A DNA stretch of 64,000 bases. It comes from Azolla caroliniana. Taxonomy: Eukaryota > Plantae > Polypodiophyta. A model generated the notes under the pieces. It was not told the DNA's origin. It was given only the letters and a program-made list of their open reading frames with translations, and searched no databases. The stretch spans positions 5,208,001-5,272,000 of the forward strand of contig JBHGNT010000002.1 of the NCBI GenBank assembly GCA_043228905.1, written 5' to 3'. Shown here one piece after another: positions 30,019 to 40,410 of the stretch; position 1 is the first letter of the stretch; each line of letters starts with the position of its first letter. The position numbers and the translations under genes were made by a program.

Positions 30019-30411
30019 AAATCTCAAGTTGTGTTGGAATTGGTCAGCCCAATAACTCTTTGGATTCTATGGAAACAACGGTGTAGACAGGTCTTCTCCA
30101 ACCAAACCGCGCATCTAACAATGTTACTGCAAGAGATATGGAGTGGAATTGTAGCCACTCTAAAGAGCCAATATGATGGCCTCAAGGGCAACTTCGATGG
30201 AGTTGAAAGATAACAAATAGCCTTTATCCAACAATGGTCGTCCTCTCTCTTTCTTGAGTCAGTGGGCATCCACATAAGATGGAACTATCGCGTCCCTACA
30301 GGGATTTGTACATAATAATCTCATTTGTAAAATTTTATAACTAATGGAAGAAGTGTTTTTTGGAAAAGAAAAAAAGAAAAAAAGAAGTATAACATTGTCC
30401 GTCTATATTAG
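30019..30411 (+). repeat. Inverted duplication of 29334-29726 (LINE 3' end plus flank)
   Basis: Near-identical reverse complement, including the non-LINE flank GAAGTATAACATTGTCCGTCTATATTAG. Confidence 0.88.
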
Positions 30412-31049
30412 AAGCATTATTATGAAATGCCCAATGGTTGGTTTCTTCCCATGTTCTCTTGATGCTCACAAACTCTTTGATAAGCCTTTATTGGTCTTTA
30501 TCTATGTCCCACTTGTTATAATTGGGACATTGTTTCTTTTTTGCACGTTTGTATCCCCAGGTTTTTCCGTTCTTTCTTATAATTTTTGTTGAGAACTCAA
30601 GCTCGATCACATCTTGCATGTGAATGCATTCATTGGAGAACACATGTGCAAGTCCATTTTTTTCATAGAGGAATATATTCTCTATTTTGATTGTGTTAGA
30701 TGTTGCATGATACAGTAACCATTCGGTTAAGTGTGTGCCCTATTAAGTGCGCTTTCTATAGATGTCAAAATCTTGTTCAAAAAATTTACATTGTTTTATG
30801 ACAAAATATATCAAACCAATTTGAAACTATGCTCCAATCATTCAAAAAACAACAAAATGATCAATAAAAACAAGATTTGTGGTTCTTTTGCAATTCATAC
30901 CAAAATGATGTGGGCCATTTGTCTACTAAATAGGTTGAGCAAGATATGGTGAATACAATCTTGAACTAATTTCATGGAAACTTTGCTTTGCAGCAAGATA
31001 CATATTCAAAAAAACTAAATAGGGTGCAAGCTTGGGTCTATTATGGGAA

Positions 31050-31335
31050 ATGTATTAATTGATTAGTCAATTAATAGCTTATTATGTGGACTTACATGAA
31101 GGAAAAGCTATTAATCAAATAATCGATTAATGGCTTATTATGTAGAGTTAATCGATTAATGGCTTATTACATGAAGGGAAAGCAATTAATCGATTAATGG
31201 CATATTATGTGGAGGAAAAGCTATTAATCGATTAATGGCTTATTATGTGAAGAAAAACTATTAATCAATTAATCGATGAATGGCTTATTATGTGGAGGAA
31301 AAGTTATTAATCAATTAATAGCTATTGATCGATTA
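31050..31335. repeat. Degenerate 35-50 bp tandem repeat with palindromic ATTAATCGATTAAT core
   Basis: About 6-7 units of ATTAATCGATTAATGGCTTATTATGTGGAGGAAAAGCT. Confidence 0.8.
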
Positions 31336-32965
31336 ACAGTATGTGGATTCAAATCCCTACTTTTGGGCATTTTTTTACACTATCCTCAACCAAGTATGTG
31401 GATCATTTCGCATAGACCACATACCATATCAGACATAGACATCATGCACAATCTCCATAGACACCAAAAAACAAACATAGACATCTCACACAATCTCCAT
31501 AGACATCAAACAATAGGCATAAACATCAAAAAACAAACATAGAAACCAGAAAAGAAACCAAAAAATAGACATACAAAAGAAAATATGTACATATCTGAGA
31601 CATTACAACAGTAAGGAGGGTCTGAGCGATGGCTGTTTGGGCTATGCTTTCTCAGAATTACAACAGAAAAAAAATTGGGATTCTTTTTTTTTTAACTAAA
31701 AAAACCCTAAATGCGCAGCTCGGTTAAGTGCGCACCTTTACCTTGCGTTCAAAGTGCACACTTAACCGAATGTTTACTGTATTTCCCCACCCTCTTGTCA
31801 CAATTAAGTTGTTTATTATGCTTGGTGAATAAACAAGAGAAGTTTTATATAAACCAAAGTCCCCACTTAATGATTGCTCATTGTTGGTCCCACCTAAGTA
31901 ACCTAAGACCTTGCTCACGACTTCTTTGTGTAATCTCTCTCTACGCATAAGAAGAGAAATTGAAAAATAAGGTTAAGGATGTGCCTAAAGACGGAAATGT
32001 AGGCAAATAGGGAGATTTGACCTATGAGATTAATTCATGTCTTCTGCAACTATGCTTTTGGAGTTGCATTGGATACCCATGGAATGCAGGATTTGGCATA
32101 AGGAGTTCACCAACGACTCAGATATCACACTTCATGTTGAAACATGGGAGCATGATAATCAACGGATTTAAGGTTTTGGAAACTAGAACTTACACTCTTT
32201 GATGTGGGCTAAAAATCCAAGCCAACAAAGAGGACAAAGAGGGGTGGCATGTTTGATTAAGAAGGAAATAAAGAAATATGTGTCGATCATAAAAAATGTT
32301 GAGCATAAATGCTACATATGGCTAAGAATAGAAATACCAAATGATTTGCCCACTTTTGTTGTTGGATGTTACATTCCTCATCAAGATTCTAACTTTTATG
32401 CTTGTTTGGATAAAGATCAACCTTTTTGCCAATTTAGAAGATGATATTGCTTATTTCAAATTCAAAGGGGAAGTTATTGTCTTTGGTGACATGAATGCCC
32501 GTACAAGAAGTTTCCAACTTGATGCACAACAATCTCTCATGCATAACAATCTCTCATGCCTCATATATCAAGGATGCAAGAGGATATGCAAATGTATCAC
32601 TGCTCTTCTAACGATGGAAAAGATCCGGACCAATTTGGGAAGTTACTCCTACAAATGTGCAATAGTACCATATTGCTTATTGCAAATGGTGTATCCTAAT
32701 GGCCCAACACTAATGGTTTTACATGTAGAAAACACAATGGAAATAATGTGATTGATTATGTACTACTTTTCAAAGGATTTTTGGATTGTACACATAAATT
32801 CTCACTTGGTGAATGGACACCAGAATCCGATCATTGAACTTTATGTATTGACCACAAATGTATGCATAGGTTTGATAGTGAGAAGGCCATTAAAGATAAT
32901 AAACAACCACACTTGAGCATGAACCTTAAGCGAGCACCCATGTATTCCAAGATAGTTGAGGATAT

Positions 32966-33098
32966 TGTCAGGAACTCTATTAAGGCAGAGAAGGAATTAG
33001 TACTAAAAGAAGGATTAGTACTATTGTTGGGGAATAGTACTAAGACAGAGAAGGATTAGTACTATGAGAGGTGTCGAACTTTGAGAGAAGGAATGAGT

Positions 33099-33152
<54 letters not shown>

Positions 33153-33442
33153 TGATGCGAAAGATATATGTATTATATGACGGAAGATATACAACAGTAG
33201 TTAGAAGGCTTAAGACTGGCGTTGAACCGATTTGGTTCGAACTAATGCCTTGCGCCTCCTTTTATAGTGTCTTCAGGAATACTCCTGAAGTTTCTAGAAT
33301 GTTCCAGAGAAATCTGGAATATACATCAATTTCCTAATAAAACCTAAATGAAAATAATATCCTTCAAATTACAACTCATAACCTAATGGTAAAGTCTCGA
33401 CCCATGTAACAAAAGGTTATGGGTTCGAGTCTAGTTATGACA
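32966..33442 (-). repeat. 3' LTR (477 bp)
   Basis: TGTCA..TGACA termini; near-identical to 38279-38749; adjacent to the PPT. Confidence 0.96.
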
Positions 33443-36400
33443 CTATCCCCCCTTTAAAACGACGAGTTTCACGAGTCGTTTTGGATTGAGGACCCGGTTT
33501 CTCGGGATATCGTCGATGGAAGTCTTCTAGAAGAGCACGAGCATTGGTCACATTCTCGATCGGTTCCCAAGTACGCTCGCTGGGACTATATCCTAGCCAA
33601 TCGACTAGATAGTAGAGCTTGTTGCGAACAATCTTGGAATCGAGGATGGCAGCGACCTCATACTCAGGTCCATCTTCGAGCTCGATAGGAGGTGGAGGTT
33701 GTATAGTACGTCCTGGGATAGTGCTCTCGTGATAGGGTTCGAGGAGAGAACTATGAAACACCGGGTGTATCCGAAGTTGCGGAGGTAGCTCGAGACGAAA
33801 AGCGACATCATTAATCTTCCCGATAATACGGAAAGGACCTAATCGTCGATAATCCAACTTCTCACATGGGCGAGTAGTCTTGATGTGTCGTCGTAGCAGC
33901 CACACCCGATCTCCAATGTTAAAACTGGATGGAAGTCGATGACGATCTGCGTAGTCCTTGTGTGATTGTTGAGCTTGCTGGAGTTGAGTAGATAAATCCG
34001 CTTGTATCTTGCGTAACCGCTCCAAACGATCCTCCGCGTAAGGATTTGTGGACACTTCTGGGGTTTCAAGGACACACCACCGGGGATGATATCCCGTATA
34101 AGCGTAGAATGGCGTGACTTTAGTCGATGCGTGGATAGCGTTATTATAGGCAAATTCGGCGAACGGAAGAATATCTGCCCAGTCATTCTGATGATAGTTG
34201 AGAAAGCACCGCAGATACTGCTCCAGTGTTTGATTTGTTCGTTCGGCTTGACCGTCGGTTTGTGGGTGGTAGCCGGAGGAGAGGTTACAAGTGACCTTCA
34301 GCATTTTAAAAAGATGCTTCCAGAATTTTGACACAAACTGGGGTCCACGATCGCTGATGATATTATCAGGGAGTCCATGATGCCGACATACTTCCCGCAT
34401 GACAATTTCGGCGGTGTCTTCACTAGATATTTCTTTAGTACATGGTAAGAAATGAGCCATCTTCGTATATCGATCCACCACTGTGAGAATCGCACTGAAT
34501 CCCTTAGAGACTGGAAGATCTGTAATGAAGTCAAGAGCAATGGATTGCCATGGCTTGCTTGGAATTGGTAATGGTTCTAATAAACCATATGGATGATGTC
34601 TTGGCATTTTCGCTCTGCAGCATGTATCGCAAGTCCGAACAAAATCTTCGACAAATTGTCGCATACGGGGCCACCAGAATGATCGTTGTACTAAATCTAA
34701 TGTTTTAGTACTACCAAAATGTCCTGCTGTATATGTGTCATGGCAGTTTTGTACTACTCGAAGGCGGCAAGAACCATTAGGAACATACAAAAGTTCTTTA
34801 AAGAAGAGTAATCCATCACAGTATTTGAATTGCCGATAATCCGTACCTGGTGATTGTGATTGTGAACATGACGCTCGAGAGGGGTCAATTTGTGCTAGTA
34901 TAGCTTGGGCGAAAGCGTCAGTCTTCAAGTCCTCACGTATAGTATTGGTAATGTCGGAATCCACGGGCATGTCAAAGATCTGTGCTGCTTGCAGTCGTGC
35001 TGGACCCAAGATTACTTGCTTCTGGTTATCGAAAGCTGGCTCACCGGGACGTGGTGTTAGATACGAACGCCGTGATAATGCATCTGCCTTCCCTTGGTGC
35101 TTCCCCGGACGATATGTAATTTTGAAGTCGAAGCGTGTGAGGAAATGGGCCCACCGAGCTTGACGTCGATTCAGTACACGAGCATCTTGAAAGTAGGCAA
35201 GGTTCTTGTGGTCACTGAATACAGTGACCTGATGAGGAGATCCCTCCAGGAAATGCCTCCATTGCATAAAAGAATCAACTATTGCTAATAGCTCTTTATC
35301 ATGAATTTCGTAGTTGATTTCGGCGGCGTCAAACTTACGGGAGTGGAAAGCCACAGGATGTAGCTTCTCGTCGTTACCCTGTTGTGACAGAATGCTCCCC
35401 AATGCGAAATCCGATGCATCAGCTTCGATAATGAATGGTTTTTCCGGATCCACATGACCTAAAATTGGAGCTGATGTAAACGCCTTCTTAAGACTCTCGA
35501 AAGCCATGTCCGTCTCTTTAGACCAAATGAATGATTGTCCCTTCCTGGTGAGCTGTGTGAGAGGCAGCACAATTTTTGAGTAATTTTGTATGAACTTCCG
35601 GTAGAAATTTGCAAAGCCTAGGAAGCATTGCACATCCCGCACCGAACGCGGAGTGTGCCATTCTATCACCGTTTTGACCTTGGCTGGGTCCATAGATATG
35701 CCTTCTGAGGAGATGACATAGCCGAGAAACTCCACTTGGTTGCACCCGAAACTACATTTCTCTAACTTTGCATACAGACCATGTTCTCGAAGTCGTTTTA
35801 GTACTAATAGTACATGAGAATCATGTTCTTCTTGGGTCTTTGAATAAACCAGTAGATCATCCAAATAGATGATCAAAAAATCATCCAAGAGGTCTCGAAA
35901 TATATCATTCGCCATGTGCTGGAAGACTGCCGGCGCATTAGTGAGTCCGAACGGCATGACCGTATACTCGAAGTGCCCATATCTGGTGCGAAACGCGGTC
36001 TTCCATTCATCTCCTGGTCGGATCCGTACGAGATTATAGGCTCCTCGTAAGTCGATCTTCGTGAAGAACCTGGCACCGTTGATCCGTTCTAAAAGACTTG
36101 AGATAAGGGGAAGAGCATACCTATTTCTTACTGTGACCTTATTCAAGCCACGGTAATCTACAACGAGTCGAAGCGAGCCATCTTTTTTCTTGACGAAGAA
36201 AATGGGTGCGCCGGCTGGAGATTTCGAATGCCGAATGAAGCCGTTCTCCAAATTCTCCTCTATATAGGCTCGAAGGACTTCTAGCTCGGTTGGTGACAAA
36301 TTGTAGATCGGCCCCCATGGCGGCTCTTTTCCCGGTTGTAAGTCGATGGCGCAGTCGTACGGCCGATGATGAGGAAGTGTGTTGGCTTGTACTTTATCGA

Positions 36401-37028
36401 ACACATCAGCATACTGACGATACTTCTCGGGAAGTTGAACGGTGGACTCCTCTTTGGTGGTGCTGGAGGGTTGTACTGATATTGCAAAGAGAAACATTTC
36501 CTCCTTGCGCCCTTCCTCACGCAATTGACGTAGCGAAATGGTTGCAACCTTCTGGGTAGATCCTTGGGTTTGTCGCAACCGGATTTCCCTTGTCCTCCAA
36601 TCTATGTCTGGGTCATGTAACTCGAACCATGGTAATCCTAAAACTATAGGATGTTCTGGAATACTAATAATATTAAATGATACTACACATGTTAAGTTAT
36701 CTAGGACAATATTAACGGGTTCCGACTCTTCTATGATATTACCAGAAGCAATGGGACGACCATCAATGACTACTACTGAGGCTGGACATGGGAGCTTTCT
36801 TAGAGATATCTGATGAGCTCGGGCAAAATTCCTATCCATGAAGCAAGAATTAGCTCCGGAATCTAGAAGGGCTAAGGTATGTACTGGAGGGGTACTTTTA
36901 GTACTAACTGCTACTTGGACTACGAACACATCACTAACTTGCTTAGAGGGAATGGAACCACTAATGGGCTGCACAGATCTAGGGCTGTCCAACCAAACGC
37001 CTCCTATTTTGGCTGGACTTAGTCGTTT
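33435..37028 (-). CDS. pol: Pol (protease-RT-RNase H-integrase-chromodomain), in the -1 frame relative to gag
   Basis: LLDSGA protease, YLDD RT, EADASD RNase H, HDTYTAGH..CDTC integrase zinc finger, SDRGPQF core, and a C-terminal chromodomain EYEVAAILDS..YLVDWLGYSPSERTWEP. The frame is open back into the end of gag. Confidence 0.95.
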   Translation of the reverse strand, partial: KRLSPAKIGGVWLDSPRSVQPISGSIPSKQVSDVFVVQVAVSTKSTPPVHTLALLDSGANSCFMDRNFARAHQISLRKLPCPASVVVIDGRPIASGNIIEESEPVNIVLDNLTCVVSFNIISIPEHPIVLGLPWFELHDPDIDWRTREIRLRQTQGSTQKVATISLRQLREEGRKEEMFLFAISVQPSSTTKEESTVQLPEKYRQYADVFDKVQANTLPHHRPYDCAIDLQPGKEPPWGPIYNLSPTELEVLRAYIEENLENGFIRHSKSPAGAPIFFVKKKDGSLRLVVDYRGLNKVTVRNRYALPLISSLLERINGARFFTKIDLRGAYNLVRIRPGDEWKTAFRTRYGHFEYTVMPFGLTNAPAVFQHMANDIFRDLLDDFLIIYLDDLLVYSKTQEEHDSHVLLVLKRLREHGLYAKLEKCSFGCNQVEFLGYVISSEGISMDPAKVKTVIEWHTPRSVRDVQCFLGFANFYRKFIQNYSKIVLPLTQLTRKGQSFIWSKETDMAFESLKKAFTSAPILGHVDPEKPFIIEADASDFALGSILSQQGNDEKLHPVAFHSRKFDAAEINYEIHDKELLAIVDSFMQWRHFLEGSPHQVTVFSDHKNLAYFQDARVLNRRQARWAHFLTRFDFKITYRPGKHQGKADALSRRSYLTPRPGEPAFDNQKQVILGPARLQAAQIFDMPVDSDITNTIREDLKTDAFAQAILAQIDPSRASCSQSQSPGTDYRQFKYCDGLLFFKELLYVPNGSCRLRVVQNCHDTYTAGHFGSTKTLDLVQRSFWWPRMRQFVEDFVRTCDTCCRAKMPRHHPYGLLEPLPIPSKPWQSIALDFITDLPVSKGFSAILTVVDRYTKMAHFLPCTKEISSEDTAEIVMREVCRHHGLPDNIISDRGPQFVSKFWKHLFKMLKVTCNLSSGYHPQTDGQAERTNQTLEQYLRCFLNYHQNDWADILPFAEFAYNNAIHASTKVTPFYAYTGYHPRWCVLETPEVSTNPYAEDRLERLRKIQADLSTQLQQAQQSHKDYADRHRLPSSFNIGDRVWLLRRHIKTTRPCEKLDYRRLGPFRIIGKINDVAFRLELPPQLRIHPVFHSSLLEPYHESTIPGRTIQPPPPIELEDGPEYEVAAILDSKIVRNKLYYLVDWLGYSPSERTWEPIENVTNARALLEDFHRRYPEKPGPQSKTTRETRRFKGGIVS

Positions 37029-37031
37029 AAC
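36981..37031 (-). promoter_or_regulatory. Putative -1 ribosomal frameshift signal between gag and pol
   Basis: G_TTA_AAC heptamer (37031-37025), 6-nt spacer, then an 11-bp stem GTCCAGCCAAA/TTTGGTTGGAC. Confidence 0.75.
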
Positions 37032-38188
37032 TCTTCTTCTAATTGGCTAAGGACATCAAATTTGTTTGCGAGATTCGGACTATTAGTACTATTAGGACTA
37101 TTATGACTATGAGGATTATCAGAGATTCCTACTGACATAGACTCGGGTTTAGTATAGTCAGAACTAACAATGACTTGGTTTACCTGCCTTCTTGGTCTAT
37201 GGGGACAGTTTATCGCGATATGCCCTGGTCCACCGCAATAAAGGCATAATCGGTTTGTTCGGCGTCGTTGCTTTTCCTCCTCCGATAGCGGCCCACGACG
37301 ACGTGTAGTGTCAATTTCCATTGGAGTTGGAGTACTTACTGGAGGCGCATTATGTGACTCCCTTTGAAAAGGTTTCGCTACCATTGAGGCATAGGTAGGC
37401 TCGGATCTTGCCCTCGGCATCTGAAATTGTCGTTCCGAACGTCGCTCGAAGAGGCGGTTGTCACATCTGACCGCTCGACTGATTGCTTCTGTTAATGATT
37501 TTGGCTCTTCAGGGAAAGTCAAGAGTAAATCCTTGACATCGTTGCGTAGACCATAGCGGAACTGCTCCATCAATGCTTGATCATCCCAGGGGATATCGGC
37601 GGCGAGTAGGCGGAAATCTGCAGCATATGCGGAGGCTGGACGGTCACCTTGGCGTAATCGCCGGATCTTGTTGATTGCAGTCCTTATGCTGTCAGTATCT
37701 CCAAAACATGCTTTAAACTCACTTATGAATTCTTCAAAATTATTTAGTACTGGAGATTCCTTTTCTAGTAGCGGTGCGAACCATGCTAATGCTGAGCCAG
37801 TTAACAACGTGCCTACTAAACCCACTCGTGATGCATCGGTGGGATATCGGGACGGATGCATTTGAATAACTAACCGTACCTGGTTAAGAAACCCTCTAAA
37901 CTGCGATCGCGTTCCATCGAACTTCGTGGGAAGGCCAATCTTGGGTTCTTTATGAATCCCTTGTGCTCCGTGCCCTTGTTGTTGCATTGCTACGATGGTT
38001 GCTTCGAGTTGTTGCACGCGTAACGCAAGTTCCCCATGCTGTTGTTGCGTTTGCTGCTTTTCTAAGGAAATTTGCTGAAGATCCCCCAACAAGCGTTGAT
38101 TTTCTTGTTCCAAAGCATGAAACTTCTCTTTCAAGCATTGAAATTCCGAGAAAACGGATTGATACTCTTCAGCGCTAACGGTGGCCAT
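37019..38188 (-). CDS. gag: Gag of the chromovirus
   Basis: 389-aa ORF with an N-terminal coiled coil, capsid-like PTKFDGTRSQFRGFL and LRQGDRPASAYAADF, and a CCHC knuckle CLYCGGPGHIAINC. Confidence 0.95.
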   Translation of the reverse strand: MATVSAEEYQSVFSEFQCLKEKFHALEQENQRLLGDLQQISLEKQQTQQQHGELALRVQQLEATIVAMQQQGHGAQGIHKEPKIGLPTKFDGTRSQFRGFLNQVRLVIQMHPSRYPTDASRVGLVGTLLTGSALAWFAPLLEKESPVLNNFEEFISEFKACFGDTDSIRTAINKIRRLRQGDRPASAYAADFRLLAADIPWDDQALMEQFRYGLRNDVKDLLLTFPEEPKSLTEAISRAVRCDNRLFERRSERQFQMPRARSEPTYASMVAKPFQRESHNAPPVSTPTPMEIDTTRRRGPLSEEEKQRRRTNRLCLYCGGPGHIAINCPHRPRRQVNQVIVSSDYTKPESMSVGISDNPHSHNSPNSTNSPNLANKFDVLSQLEEELND

Positions 38189-38264
38189 GGGATGAAGGAA
38201 AAGGGAAATAAGAGACTAGTAGGAAAGGAGAGAGACAGAAGGAAGAGGGAGACTAGTAGGAGGA

Positions 38265-38276
38265 AAATCGGTTCAA
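38265..38276 (-). promoter_or_regulatory. Self-priming primer-binding site (non-tRNA)
   Basis: TTGAACCGATTT lies 2 nt after the 5' LTR and is the exact complement of AAATCGGTTCAA (38540-38529), about 33 nt downstream of the TATA box. Confidence 0.85.
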
Positions 38277-38278
38277 AC

Positions 38279-38411
38279 TGTCAGGAACTCTATTAAGGCA
38301 GAGAAGGAATTAGTACTAAAAGAAGGATTAGTACTATTGTTGGGGAATAGTACTAAGACAGAGAAGGATTAGTACTATGAGAGGTGTCGAACTTTGAGAG
38401 AAGGAATGAGT

Positions 38412-38459
<48 letters not shown>

Positions 38460-38749
38460 TGATGCGAAAGATATATGTATTATATGACGGAAGATATACA
38501 ACAGTAGTTAGAAGGCTTAAGACTGGCGTTGAACCGATTTGGTTCGAACTAATGCCTTGCGCCTCCTTTTATAGTGTCTTCAGGAATACTCCTGAAGTTT
38601 CTAGAATGTTCCAGAGAAATCTGGAATATACATCAATTTCCTAATAAAACCTAAATGAAAATAATATCCTTCAAATTACAACTCATAACCTAATGGTAAA
38701 GTCTCGACCCGTGTAACAAAAGGTTATGGGTTCGAGTCTAGTTATGACA
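38279..38749 (-). repeat. 5' LTR (471 bp) with TATA box at 38573-38567
   Basis: TGTCA..TGACA termini; TATAAAA on the minus strand; followed by the primer-binding site. Confidence 0.96.
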
Positions 38750-40096
38750 GATATGTTACAAATGACAAAGATACAACATGGTGCCACACTAGAATTCAAA
38801 TGAGAAGTTTTTAAGAAAGTTATTCTCTCATGCACAAACAAATGTTTTTGATCAAGCACGCTTCTTAGAAATGCACCAATAAATGTAGTTTAAAGAGAAA
38901 TGGTTTGATAAAGAATGTCATGAAGCTCGAAAGTGCCTTATGATTTTGGATGTAATCAAGTATAATGAAAATTACCAAAAGCATTTGCATGAGTACAAAA
39001 TGCTTATTCAAAGAAAGAGAATAATATGGGAAGTTACTCAACAATTTCTCCAAACACAAGAGAAAGCACATGCATGTGATAAATTTTGAGGAAATCTAAC
39101 AAGGAAACACCATAGCACCATTGATCACCTTGTCACCCGTCGAGTATTAATGGAGGAAAGTCGCCTTAGAGGTAAAAGTTTACATTCTTGCTTCGTAGAC
39201 TTTAAGAAAGATTTTGATATGGTACCTTGTGGACACCTTTGGAGGCGAATGGAAGAACTCAAGGTGCCAAGTGAATACATGCTTGCAATTTCCTAAATCT
39301 ATGAGAAGGTTCTATGTTGTGTGCATATGAGCGATAGGCTTTTAGATTTTTTCAGTAACACTATTGGGGTTAAGCAAGGATGCCCACTCTCACCAACTCT
39401 ATTTGGTCTATGCATTGATGAATTGGAATAAATGGTTGCCATGGTTGTAAAGGAAGAAGGCATTGAAGAAGTTGCCATTAGGAATGTAGTCATCATGCTT
39501 TTGTTATATGCAGATGATGTAGTGCTTTTTGAAAATATTTTAGAATATGCACAAAAGCTTATGAAGGCATTGGAAAAAAAAACATGCATACTAATCTAAG
39601 TGTCAACAATTCTTAAAACAAATATTATGCTTGTGAAGAGCCAAAAAATAGATAAACCATGCATTATATACAATAATGAGCCACTTCAATGTGTGGAAAG
39701 CTTCAAATATCTTGGCCTTGAAGTTCCTTCAAATCATAGATTGAATGATTGTGTTACCTACCGCTTATAAGCAGGAAAGAGAGCATATTATGCATTTGGG
39801 AACACATGCCATAGTACGTAATATTCACGTTCGTTAGCCTAAACATTCGTTTCCATATGTTTGAAAACAAATGCGTATGTTATTAAAACATTCTTGTGTT
39901 TTTTTTTATACTTTTTACTTGAACTTTCTTACCTTAAATTTTTTTACCTTGTAATAAATAATGAGTGCAAAAGTATGGTAATTACCATACTTCAAGGGTG
40001 TTTTTCATACTCGAATGCTAAGAATGTTCGCGAATGCGAATTGTACGTATGCTTCATACTATGACACATGCAATCATAAAGATATTATGTGTTAGG

Positions 40097-40372
40097 TGTC
40101 ATAATATAGCCTCAAACAAGAATTGAACCCGTAACCTTATGGTACATGGATTGAGGACTTACCATTAGGAACTTTTTGGAATAATCTAGAAAATTCATGA
40201 ATATTCTAGAATACTCTGGAATATTCCATAATCATTAGGAATACTCCTAAAGGCCCTATAAATAGAGGCATGTTGTACGATTCACAACCAATTCGGTTAA
40301 CCGTTAGTCTTCAACCTGTAAGGTGTTCCTATCCTTGTACTCCTTTTCATGTAATATACTTCCTTTTATCAT

Positions 40373-40410
<38 letters not shown>

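Larger units (their letters stand above)
32966..38749 (-). mobile_element. Full-length Ty3/gypsy chromovirus LTR retrotransposon (Tcn1/Tf1-sushi-like), recent insertion
   Basis: TG..CA LTRs at 32966-33442 and 38279-38749. By eye they differ by one substitution and 6 nt of (AG)n. 5-bp TSD GATAT at 32961-32965 and 38750-38754. PPT AAAGGGGGGATAG at 33443-33455. gag and pol are intact. Confidence 0.97.
32030..39815 (+). mobile_element. Degenerate RTE-like LINE (AP endonuclease 32030-32960; RT 39100-39815) split by the chromovirus insertion
   Basis: Endonuclease fragments ETWEH, GVACLIKK, VIVFGDMNART and IDYV. RT fragments FVDFKK.FD.VP, GVKQGCPLSPTLFGL, LLYADDVVL and VESFKYLG. Multiple frameshifts and stops. 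Confidence 0.8.

Noticed and set aside
33101-33337. Duplicated MRERER.. ORF (also 38414-38644)
   Set aside because: It is an (AG)n microsatellite inside the LTRs read on the antisense strand.
38684-38746. Functional tRNA gene in the LTR
   Set aside because: Anticodon and acceptor stems do not form canonically; kept only as a tRNA-like A/B-box cassette.
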